This document shows, in pieces, positions 26,239-34,484 of a DNA stretch of 34,484 nt. The notes below the pieces were generated by a model. That model was not told the origin of the DNA. It ran no database searches and saw only the letters and a list, made by a program, of their open reading frames with translations. Origin of the DNA: an uncultured Nitrospinaceae bacterium (lineage in GTDB: Bacteria > UBA8248); NCBI GenBank assembly GCA_964005815.1, contig CAXFSR010000034.1:1-34484 (forward strand), written 5' to 3'. Position 1 is the first letter of the stretch, and every line of letters starts with the position of its first letter. Made by a program: the position numbers and the translations under genes.

Positions 26239-27273
26239 TTATGAAACAGATATTTCTTGTTCTATTTTTTCAGAATATGAACCATTTCTAGCAGCACCAT
26301 TACATTTACAGCGATGAGAAAAAACCTTTTGAGCATTTGTGAGATTTTCAGAATCTCCATTCCATGCTTTTAGGCATGCTGCCTGAAGAGCTCTTCCATA
26401 TGAAAAACTTAATTCCCATGGATGCGGATAAGAATCAAGTGCATTCATTGCATTTAAGTTTTGAGTTGCGAATGCGTCAGTTTGTCCACCCGATAAAAAA
26501 GCAATGCCTGGAACTGATGAAGGAACGCATCTTAATAAAGCCTCAACGGTTTTAATAGCAATTTCCTTAGAATCAGCCTGAACAGGACATTCAGAACCAG
26601 AAATTACCATATTGGGTTTTAAAACGATTCCTTCCAAAAGTACATTTTGCTTAAATAGTTCGTGAAAAACAGCTTTTAAGGTTTTTTCTGTTACCTCTTT
26701 ACAACGATCAATAGTGTGTATTCCATCCATTAAAACTTCAGGTTCAACTATTGGTACTAAACCCGATTCTTGTGAAAGAGCGGCGTATCTAGCAAGGGCA
26801 TGAGCGTTTACATCTATACAAAACTGAGAAGGTAATTCCTCATTGATTTCGATTACAGCTCTCCACTTCGTAAATTTAGCTCCGAGTTGGGCATATTCCT
26901 GTAAACGTTCACGTAGACCATCTAAACCCTCCGTGATTTTTTCTCCAGAAGATAGAGCAAGTTCTTTTGCTCCCATATCTACTTTAATTCCTGGAATAAT
27001 ACCTTTTTGAGAAAGTAACTCGGGGAATGGAATGTTACTACTAGAACTTTGACGAAGGGTTTCGTCAAAGAGAATTACACCACTTATGTAATTTTCTATA
27101 CCATCTGTTGTGAAAAGTAATTCTCTATAATTTCTACGATTTTCTTCAGTAGATTCAACATTAATGCTGTCTAATCTTTTTTTAATTGTTCCTGAACTTT
27201 CATCTGCAGCTAAAATACCCTTTCCACTTGAAACCATTTGACTAGCTATTGTCATAAGGACCTTTTGATCCAT
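26239..27273 (-). CDS. Fructose-bisphosphate aldolase class I (eukaryote-like glycolytic family)
   Basis: GKGILAADES, KWRAV, VPIVEPEV, LKPNMV (Schiff-base Lys), FLSGGQ and FSYGRALQ. Confidence 0.96.
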   Translation of the reverse strand: MDQKVLMTIASQMVSSGKGILAADESSGTIKKRLDSINVESTEENRRNYRELLFTTDGIENYISGVILFDETLRQSSSSNIPFPELLSQKGIIPGIKVDMGAKELALSSGEKITEGLDGLRERLQEYAQLGAKFTKWRAVIEINEELPSQFCIDVNAHALARYAALSQESGLVPIVEPEVLMDGIHTIDRCKEVTEKTLKAVFHELFKQNVLLEGIVLKPNMVISGSECPVQADSKEIAIKTVEALLRCVPSSVPGIAFLSGGQTDAFATQNLNAMNALDSYPHPWELSFSYGRALQAACLKAWNGDSENLTNAQKVFSHRCKCNGAARNGSYSEKIEQEISVS

Positions 27274-27440
27274 TCTTTACTCCTGAAAAAAATTCAAAAA
27301 AATTTTACAGACGGTCTATTAATTGAGAAAATTATATCAGCCTATATTGTAAAGTGTAAATCAATTTTATCTAGTATGTGATAAAACATTTTTTTATAAG
27401 GATATAAAAAAACTATAATTTTAATTTTAAAAAGAACATT

Positions 27441-28607
27441 TTGATAAATCTAAAATCTTACAAAAACAAATCTGTTTTTATTCGAATGCCAGCATTCTAT
27501 TTTCTTCACTTTTTTGGAGTTGGTGTAATGCTTCCATTTGTAAATATTTTTTATGATTCAATTGGGATTGAAGGTCTTAAGTTAGGAATTTTAAACGCTT
27601 CTCCCAGAGTTGCAGCAATGATTATGCCGTTTATTTTTGGTGCTATTGCGGATAAATATAAGATTGAAAAAAAACTTATATTTTTTAGCACATTGATTGC
27701 ATCTTTCATTGCATTTTATTTATGGAATCTCAGGGAATTTTGGATTCTTTTTTTCTTTATCACTTTTTTTTATTGTTTAAAAAGTCCAGTTGTACCGATA
27801 GTTGAAAACTTATGTTTAAAGGAAGCAAAAAAATCAGGAATTGATTATGGAAAAATAAGGTGGTGGGGTTCATTAGGTTTTATTATTGCAGCTTTAATTA
27901 CAGGAAAGATCATAGATCTCTTTAGTGAAAATTATATTTTTCTTTTAATTTCTATTTCGGGTCTGATTTCTGGATTCTTCATTTTGCTTGTTCCTGATAG
28001 TAACGATAATAGGAAACCTTTTTTACTTTCACAATTATTCAAATCAATAAAAAAGAATAAAAATTTATTAAATTTTTTCTTAGTTAGCGCTATAGTTTCA
28101 GCAACTTCAGGTCCATTTGGACTTTATTTTAGTATTCACCTTAAAAAATTAGGTATGAGTGCTTTCTTAATTGGGTTTGCATGGATTTTAGGTGTTATTA
28201 GTGAGATATTTTTTCTTTTTTATGCTGGAAAAATTAGAACTTATATAGGTGTTAAGTTGATGATAATGGTAGGTATTTTGGCTACCGCTATAAGATGGGA
28301 GTTAATAGCAATTACTGATGAGATTATTTTTTTAATTTCAATTCAAATCTTACATGGATTAACATTTGGAGTACTTCACCCAGCATCCATACAGTATTTA
28401 GATATGCAAAGTAATGAAGAAAATAAAAATTCAACTCAGTCTCTGTATAGTGTTTTTACATATGGGATTGGCTCTACATTAGGAGTTCTTGTTTCTGGGA
28501 TACTTATCAATTATTTTAGTTACAGAGTTTTATTACATGCAAGTTCTATTCTCGCTATGTTAGCTCTTTTAATTTTTATATTACCATTACGTAATAAGAA
28601 TTTTTAG
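27441..28607 (+). CDS. MFS transporter (MFS_1-like, HcaT/PPP type)
   Basis: About 12 hydrophobic segments, GAIADKY, YGKIRWWGSLGF and QILHGLTFG. The start could be ATG 27486. Confidence 0.88.
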   Translation: MINLKSYKNKSVFIRMPAFYFLHFFGVGVMLPFVNIFYDSIGIEGLKLGILNASPRVAAMIMPFIFGAIADKYKIEKKLIFFSTLIASFIAFYLWNLREFWILFFFITFFYCLKSPVVPIVENLCLKEAKKSGIDYGKIRWWGSLGFIIAALITGKIIDLFSENYIFLLISISGLISGFFILLVPDSNDNRKPFLLSQLFKSIKKNKNLLNFFLVSAIVSATSGPFGLYFSIHLKKLGMSAFLIGFAWILGVISEIFFLFYAGKIRTYIGVKLMIMVGILATAIRWELIAITDEIIFLISIQILHGLTFGVLHPASIQYLDMQSNEENKNSTQSLYSVFTYGIGSTLGVLVSGILINYFSYRVLLHASSILAMLALLIFILPLRNKNF

Positions 28608-28631
28608 AATTTTAATTAGGTTAACAAAAAA

Positions 28632-29366
28632 ATGACTTATCCATCAATTTTTATTACTGGAACTGGAACAGGTGTAGGAAAAACAATAGTTGGTTCTGCG
28701 ATTCTTCACTATTGGTCTAGTTTGGGACTTTTTCCACGTGTCATGAAGCCTTTAGAAAGTGGTTGTATTTCAGGTTTGGATGTTCCAAGTGATGCAATCG
28801 CACTTAGGGACGCTGCCTCGGATTCAAGATCATTGGATCAAATTTGTCCTTATCGATACAAATCACCACTTGCGCCTTTGTATGCAACAGAAATTGAAGG
28901 AAATCATATAGATTACTCTAAAATATTGACTATGATTAGCGAGTTAAAATCTTATAAAGGTCCTGTTATTATAGAAGGTTGTGGTGGTCTGATGGTTCCA
29001 CTAACACCAGAAATCCAAATGATTGATTTAATTAAAGATTCTGAATTAGATCTTGTGATAATTTCATCCCTAGGTCTCGGTTGTTTGAATCACACACAAT
29101 TAACATTACAAATTGCAGAAAGTAAAGGAATTAGAGTTTCCGGAATAATTCTTAATGATGTAGATGGTGTTCCCGATGTTTCAAAGAAAAGAAATCCCCA
29201 AGCTATAAGAGAGTTATGTTCAGTCCCTCTTATTGGAGTTTTTCCTTACATTCCAGATTTGGTTAATAAATTTAGTAGTTCGAATGAAAAAAATAGAGAA
29301 TTAGAAAGTAAAGAGAAACTTATTGCAGCAATGTCATCACTAGATTTGAAAAAATTAAAAGTCTAA
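28632..29366 (+). CDS. bioD: Dethiobiotin synthase
   Basis: FITGTGTGVGKT, KPLESG, PLAP, EGCGGLMVP, LGCLNHT and GIILN. Confidence 0.92.
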   Translation: MTYPSIFITGTGTGVGKTIVGSAILHYWSSLGLFPRVMKPLESGCISGLDVPSDAIALRDAASDSRSLDQICPYRYKSPLAPLYATEIEGNHIDYSKILTMISELKSYKGPVIIEGCGGLMVPLTPEIQMIDLIKDSELDLVIISSLGLGCLNHTQLTLQIAESKGIRVSGIILNDVDGVPDVSKKRNPQAIRELCSVPLIGVFPYIPDLVNKFSSSNEKNRELESKEKLIAAMSSLDLKKLKV

Positions 29367-29371
29367 AAATT

Positions 29372-30289
29372 CTAATCCACTATTAAATCAAAGATTTTAG
29401 TTCCTAAATTCTTTTTTGCTTCTTCTATTATAGAAGAGACTTCTTTTTTAAACTTATTTTTTCTCGTTGAGTTAAGTTTTATGATTTCTATGCCTCTGTT
29501 CTTGAGTATTTTTGCAACTTCATTTTCTTTTCTTTTTGATAATTTCCTTTGTTTTTCAATAGCTCTTCTGATGCTTGATTTTAGAAGTGTTTGTTTGTTT
29601 TTGCTTAATATCTTAAAGAAATCCTTATTGCAAAAAATTCCCCTAGCACCATAAAAGTGTCCGGTTAAAGTTATATACTTATGGTATTTGTCAACGTTAT
29701 ATGTGATTGTATTTTCTAGGGGGTTTTCTTGCGCATCAACTTCCCCTAGCTGAATTTTTTTCATGCCAGGTTTTAAATCAATTGCTACTGGTTTTGATTT
29801 CAGGGCCCTAAATGTTTGGACATGAATATCGTTTGGTTGCAGTCGGATTTTCATATTTTTACAGTCAGAAGGTTCATAGACTGGACGTAAATTGTTTGAA
29901 AGATGTCTAAATCCGTTATCCCAAAAACCTAAAACAGTAAAATTTGTTTCCATTTCTATTTTTTCAGAAAGCATCTGACCTAATTTTCCGTCTAAATTTT
30001 TATGCGCGTGTTCTAAGTCATGAAAGATAAATGGGAGATCTATAATGCCCAATTCCTTTACTCTTTCCATTAAATAGCTAGTTGAAAAATAACACATCGT
30101 TAGAATTCCAGATTCAACCATGCCAAGAAGATCCTCTGCTTTGTATCCAAAGTCTAAAATATTCCAAAAAAGGTCAACCTTAAATCTTTTATCTTTTTCG
30201 ATTGAATTTTTAAAAAACAATGATGCCTGGCTATGAGTAGTTTCAGGTGGTGAATATCCGCCAAAACGAATATGTGAATTTTGTTTCAT
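29372..30289 (-). CDS. TRAP transporter DctP-family binding protein with no signal peptide
   Basis: DLPFIF, WDNGFRH, KIRLQ, GEVDAQENP and LTGH. An in-frame TAG lies two codons upstream of the ATG. Confidence 0.85.
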   Translation of the reverse strand: MKQNSHIRFGGYSPPETTHSQASLFFKNSIEKDKRFKVDLFWNILDFGYKAEDLLGMVESGILTMCYFSTSYLMERVKELGIIDLPFIFHDLEHAHKNLDGKLGQMLSEKIEMETNFTVLGFWDNGFRHLSNNLRPVYEPSDCKNMKIRLQPNDIHVQTFRALKSKPVAIDLKPGMKKIQLGEVDAQENPLENTITYNVDKYHKYITLTGHFYGARGIFCNKDFFKILSKNKQTLLKSSIRRAIEKQRKLSKRKENEVAKILKNRGIEIIKLNSTRKNKFKKEVSSIIEEAKKNLGTKIFDLIVD

Positions 30290-30454
30290 GAACTATCTCC
30301 TAATATAAAATTTGATTTTAATTTAAATCATTTTTTATTGTTTTTGTATAATATTTTTTGAATTTTTTATCTTTTTGATCTTGACTGTGACTTCAAGTAT
30401 AGGCATGTTCTCTCCATTGTTTTCTTTATAAATTTAAATATAGGGGAAGGTTTA

Positions 30455-31045
30455 ATGGGTTCATTGCAAGAACAACTTTTTACAAAAATTGCTTCCCAAA
30501 CTTTGGTTTCCTTGAGTAAAGATCTTCAGAAGAAATACGAACCAAAAAAAGGGGATAGATTCAATTATAGATCAATAACTTATGAAATTGGTCCTCCGAA
30601 ATTTACAGGCCAAGGTATTACCTTTGAAATTAGTAGTAAAATACCTGAGTCTGAACTACCCGACGGTTATAAAAAAGAAAATTTTTTTAAGGAAATCAAA
30701 AAGATTTGTATAAAAAGTAAGAAAAAACCATTGTCTTCAGATATGGAAAATATTGTAAGAGAAACGAAAGAACAAGAGAGAAAAGAAAGAGATTATGTGA
30801 AATTGACCTATGAATACATTAATTCAGAACTTTATAGTGATAAGGAAATTATGCTTGAAGTAAAAGAACTTTCGAAAAATCCTGAAAAACAAAAGGTAGA
30901 TTTTATGCCTGGAGTAAATACACTTGCCGCACATCTTATTCTTGAGAAAGTTCAAAAGAATCTTTATGACTTTGCTTTAGAAAACGTCAATTCACTCGTT
31001 TCAGCTAATACAACTGTGAGGGCTGAACTGAAAAAGAAGAAATAA
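30455..31045 (+). CDS. Hypothetical protein (196 aa, charged)
   Basis: Long ORF with a purine-rich RBS, first gene of the plus-strand run. No family recognised. Confidence 0.75.
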   Translation: MGSLQEQLFTKIASQTLVSLSKDLQKKYEPKKGDRFNYRSITYEIGPPKFTGQGITFEISSKIPESELPDGYKKENFFKEIKKICIKSKKKPLSSDMENIVRETKEQERKERDYVKLTYEYINSELYSDKEIMLEVKELSKNPEKQKVDFMPGVNTLAAHLILEKVQKNLYDFALENVNSLVSANTTVRAELKKKK

Positions 31046-31052
31046 ATTAATT

Positions 31053-32255
31053 ATGACCAGATACCTCGCTCTTGAAGGTTGCGAGGTTTATACTCCTACT
31101 GAAAAAATTAGTAATTCTTTGGTTCTTATCGATAATTCTTCTGTAGTTTACATAGGGACGAGATCAAGCATAGATCTTCCTAAAGAGACCAAAGTTTATG
31201 ATCTTTCCAATTTAATTTTGACCCCTGGTTTTATTGATTTGCAAGTGAACGGATTTGGTAAAGATACGATCCTGTCTTCAAAAGCCCATAGAATTAATCA
31301 AATTGCAAAGAATTTGTTCAAAAGAGGAACTACTTCATTTCTTCCGACAATAACGAGTTGTTCAATCAAGACGGCATTATCAGCTTCAGACGCAATTAAA
31401 TCTGCATGGGAAAATCAAGACAAGATATCTTGTTCTGAATCATGTATTCTTGGGGTTCACCTAGAAGGACCTTTTTTTAATCCCAAAATGTGTGGCGCTC
31501 ATCCAACGAAATTTATAAGAAAAATTGATACTTCTGAAATAGAATTGATTGCAGAAGCTTGTGGTGGATATGGACGTTCTGGAAATCCAGGATTAAGAAT
31601 GGTTACGTTTTCTCCTGAATTAGAGAATTCATTGTATTTTGTAAAATGGTTGTTAGAAAGGAATATTGTACCAGCGATAGGTCATACAATGGCTTCTTCA
31701 GAAGAAATAAAAAATTGTATAAATGCTGGGGCTCGATTTGCTGTTCACGTTTATAATAGGTATTCCTCGAAAGATGTTGAAGCTCCTGCTCACAGAAGAG
31801 ATGATCCTATGTTAGAAGTGATTAAAAATCCACTTTTATATGCAGGGATTATTTCTGATGGTATTCACGTTTCACCAGGACTAGTTGAAAATTTTGTAAG
31901 AAATAAGGGATGGACAAAAATAGTTTTAACTTCTGATCTAGTCTCAGACATCGGCTTATTTCCGAGACAATATAGAAGTAAAAAAGTCCTTGAAGGCAGC
32001 AAGTTTTCGCTAGGCGAAGTTCTACCATTTTTCAAGAAGTGGAGTGGAGTAGATGATATTTCTGCAATTGCGACACTAACCAGAAATCCTGCAAAATTGT
32101 TAGGTCTTGAAGAAAAGTTGGGAACAATTGTTTCAGGGTCTAAAGTAGATTTTTGTGTTTTAGATAAGAAGACTCTTCGACACATCACTTCCATAAAAGG
32201 TCAAAATTTATTTATTGAACAAAATAAGGAAATACAAGATAGATTGATTCTATAA
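31053..32255 (+). CDS. nagA: N-acetylglucosamine-6-phosphate deacetylase-like amidohydrolase (divergent)
   Basis: PGFIDLQVNG, HLEGPFF, GAHP, GHT, HVYN, DGIHV, TSD and NPAKLLG. Confidence 0.75.
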   Translation: MTRYLALEGCEVYTPTEKISNSLVLIDNSSVVYIGTRSSIDLPKETKVYDLSNLILTPGFIDLQVNGFGKDTILSSKAHRINQIAKNLFKRGTTSFLPTITSCSIKTALSASDAIKSAWENQDKISCSESCILGVHLEGPFFNPKMCGAHPTKFIRKIDTSEIELIAEACGGYGRSGNPGLRMVTFSPELENSLYFVKWLLERNIVPAIGHTMASSEEIKNCINAGARFAVHVYNRYSSKDVEAPAHRRDDPMLEVIKNPLLYAGIISDGIHVSPGLVENFVRNKGWTKIVLTSDLVSDIGLFPRQYRSKKVLEGSKFSLGEVLPFFKKWSGVDDISAIATLTRNPAKLLGLEEKLGTIVSGSKVDFCVLDKKTLRHITSIKGQNLFIEQNKEIQDRLIL

Positions 32256-32329
32256 ATTTAGTCGTAGTTTTTTTTGATTTTTTATGACATTATTAGTTAT
32301 CCCGCCCTGCAATTTTCAGGTTTCTTCAA

Positions 32330-33919
32330 ATGAATAGTTTGGTTTTTAGAAACGTAGTTATTTATGATGGACTAGGATCAGATCCGTGTGTTGGTGATGT
32401 CGCAATTAATGGCAGTTACATATGTAGTGTGGATACTTCAATTTCTGGAAAATCTTCAAAAGAAATCGATGCTTCGGGTTTAGCGATTTGTCCAGGTTTT
32501 ATAGATATTCATGGTCATTCAGATTATTACTTATTGATTAATCCATCTGCTGAAGCAAAAGTACAGCAAGGAATTACAACTGAGGTAGGTGGTAATTGTG
32601 GCTATTCAGCAGCTCCGATACGCGGAAGTGAACTTGAGTCTCGACAGAGTTTATACAAGGAACAGTTTGATCTTAAGTTGTCCTTTGAGACACTCGAAGA
32701 TTATTTGAAAATAATCGAAAAACAAGGGACCGCATTAAATTATGTCCCACTAATTGGGCATAATACAATAAGGGCTAGTGTGATGGGTGGTAGTGCATCA
32801 CCTTGTAACCAAAAACAGCTTTTAGAAATGGAAAAATTAGTTGACGAAGGAATGAGACAAGGGGCGTTTGGATTGTCCACGGGGTTAGTTTATGCACCTG
32901 CTAATTTTGCAGAATCAAGTGAATTGGTTTCGCTTTGTAAAATTGCTGCAAAAAGAGGGGGATTTTTTGCGACTCACATGAGAAGCGAGGGTGATACACT
33001 TATCGAAAGTATCCAAGAGGTATTGAATATTTCGAAGCAAGCAAATATTCCATTACAAATTAGTCATCTAAAAACAGCGGGAGAGAAAAACTGGAACAAA
33101 TTAGATGCAGCTTTTGAAATTATCGAAGAGCATCGAAATGATGGACATGATGTGACATGCGATCGATATCCATATATTGCTTCTAATACACATTTAAGTG
33201 CGCTTCTTTCAGAATGGGCACAGGAAGGTTTGTTGAATGAAAAGATTGAACGTCTTTTAAAGAAAGAAACAAGAGAACGTTTAATTTCTGAACTATCTAC
33301 AAAAAGAAAAACTGACAAAGATTGGGATAATATTCTAATCAGTCGTGTTCTGACTAAAAAAAATAAGGACGTGGAGGGAAAAACTTTATTTCAACTTGCG
33401 AAAGAAAAATGTAAAAAACCTGCCGAAGTCACTTTAGACCTTTTGATAGAAGAAAAATTGAATGTAGAAATTATTATTTTTATGATGAACGAAGGGAATA
33501 TGCGTAGAATTATGAAAAAAGATTACACTATGGTTGGTTCTGACGCAGGAGCCCTTACTCACAAGCCGCCACTTGGCGTAGGAAAGCCACATCCAAGAAA
33601 TTTTGGAACATTTCCTCAAGTATTGGGTTCATTAGTGGTTAAAGAAAAACTTATGAGTATGTCAGAGGCTATAAGAAAAATGACATCACTGCCATGTAGT
33701 AGACTAGGAATAAAAGACAGAGGAACAATTGCTCCAAGAATGAAAGCGGATCTTGTTTTATTTGATCCAAAGAAAATTCAAGATAAAAGCACTTATGAAA
33801 ATCCTATGGTTTACCCAGCAGGAATTAAAATGGTTTTGGTCAACGGAATTGCTGTCGTTGAAGATGGTGTTCATACGGGAGCTACGCCTGGCGTCCCTCT
33901 TAAAAAGTTTCTAGCTTAA
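32330..33919 (+). CDS. N-acyl-D-amino acid deacylase (D-aminoacylase family)
   Basis: PGFIDIHGHSD, GNCG, HMRSE, ISHLK, GSDA and HPRNFGTFP. Confidence 0.9.
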   Translation: MNSLVFRNVVIYDGLGSDPCVGDVAINGSYICSVDTSISGKSSKEIDASGLAICPGFIDIHGHSDYYLLINPSAEAKVQQGITTEVGGNCGYSAAPIRGSELESRQSLYKEQFDLKLSFETLEDYLKIIEKQGTALNYVPLIGHNTIRASVMGGSASPCNQKQLLEMEKLVDEGMRQGAFGLSTGLVYAPANFAESSELVSLCKIAAKRGGFFATHMRSEGDTLIESIQEVLNISKQANIPLQISHLKTAGEKNWNKLDAAFEIIEEHRNDGHDVTCDRYPYIASNTHLSALLSEWAQEGLLNEKIERLLKKETRERLISELSTKRKTDKDWDNILISRVLTKKNKDVEGKTLFQLAKEKCKKPAEVTLDLLIEEKLNVEIIIFMMNEGNMRRIMKKDYTMVGSDAGALTHKPPLGVGKPHPRNFGTFPQVLGSLVVKEKLMSMSEAIRKMTSLPCSRLGIKDRGTIAPRMKADLVLFDPKKIQDKSTYENPMVYPAGIKMVLVNGIAVVEDGVHTGATPGVPLKKFLA

Positions 33920-33931
33920 GGAGAAGATAAT

Positions 33932-34484
33932 TTGATTTCTTGGCTTTTCTCTCCAGATTTCCTGATTTTGGTAACAGTCACTCTAGTAGGTTTTTTGGTA
34001 TTTCTATTCTTCCGTTTCAGCAGTTCTAAAAGATTGAGAAAAGATGACCCTGATTTCTTGCTTAGAGATATAAGCAAAAACCTATCTTCAAATAATTCTG
34101 TTGAAATGATTTCTGGTAATAAGACTACATTTATATCTTTAGATAAAAATGAAACAAATAAGCTGATAGAAAAACCTACATCGGCACTACCAACCTTTGA
34201 GGTTGAAAATCCTAAACAATTAATAATGTCCAAAATTTATAATTTTTTAAAATCTCTATTTTTAAAGGAGAGAAAATCTATTTCTGAAATGGAAGGTGAG
34301 TTAACAGAAAAGATTGGTATAGAGAGAGAAGAATCTATTTCTGAAATGGAAGGTGAGTTAACAGAAAAGATTGGTATAGAGAGAGAAGAATCTATTTCTG
34401 AAATGGAAGATGAGTTAGCAGAAAAGATTGGTATAGAGAGAGAAGAATCTATTTCTGAAATGGAAGGTGAGTTAGCAGAAAAGA
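33932..34484 (+). CDS. Membrane-anchored protein with acidic 19-aa tandem repeats, truncated at the right edge
   Basis: Not in the ORF track. AAGGAG precedes TTG at 33932, giving MISWLFSPDFLILVTVTLVGFLVFLFFRFSSSKRLRK... The frame stays open to the end of the window. Confidence 0.8.
   Translation, partial: MISWLFSPDFLILVTVTLVGFLVFLFFRFSSSKRLRKDDPDFLLRDISKNLSSNNSVEMISGNKTTFISLDKNETNKLIEKPTSALPTFEVENPKQLIMSKIYNFLKSLFLKERKSISEMEGELTEKIGIEREESISEMEGELTEKIGIEREESISEMEDELAEKIGIEREESISEMEGELAEK
34277..34484 (+). repeat. 57-bp tandem repeat, three full copies plus a 37-nt partial copy
   Basis: Units start at 34277, 34334, 34391 and 34448 and encode SISEME(G/D)EL(T/A)EKIGIEREE. Confidence 0.97.

Noticed and set aside
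25191..27273. Calvin cycle (cbb) operon
   Set aside because: No RuBisCO, phosphoribulokinase, transketolase or CbbR in the window.
33916..34233. 105-aa minus-strand ORF from the track
   Set aside because: It is the antisense shadow of the plus-strand membrane protein starting at 33932, which has an RBS and a sensible architecture.
34277..34484. Possible CRISPR array
   Set aside because: The units are contiguous 57-bp copies with no unique spacers, are in frame within a coding region, and have no cas genes nearby.

Overview
AT-rich, gene-dense bacterial chromosomal segment with short intergenic gaps and several gene overlaps. I found no rRNA, tRNA, CRISPR array, integrase or transposase. The left ~14 kb is a catabolic cluster of six alternating-direction blocks with no regulator. 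It holds a family-5 (Dpp/Opp-type) binding protein (truncated at the left edge, absent from the ORF track), separate DppB/DppC permeases and three paralogous alpha/beta hydrolases resembling 2,6-dihydroxypseudooxynicotine hydrolase/FrsA. It also holds a CMD-family protein, a ThDP-dependent E1 alpha/beta pair without E2/E3, an FAH-family enzyme, two tandem two-domain VOC proteins, an M20 amidohydrolase and a cupin. This cluster is the best candidate for an undescribed pathway, probably C-C cleavage of an imported aromatic, heterocyclic or dicarbonyl compound (inference). The middle carries hsp20, a thiol dioxygenase, an APC permease-USP fusion, a 3-oxoacid CoA-transferase pair and a degenerate ECF-SnoaL sigma factor. 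The right part is mostly housekeeping: GAF/degenerate GGDEF coupled to mreB, Nudix, MBL hydrolase, OmpA/MotB-like protein, fbp, class I aldolase, MFS, bioD, a DctP lacking a signal peptide, a NagA-like deacetylase and a D-aminoacylase. The window ends inside an unannotated membrane-anchored protein with 57-bp (19-aa) acidic tandem repeats. All family calls come from motif recognition by eye; no database search was run.
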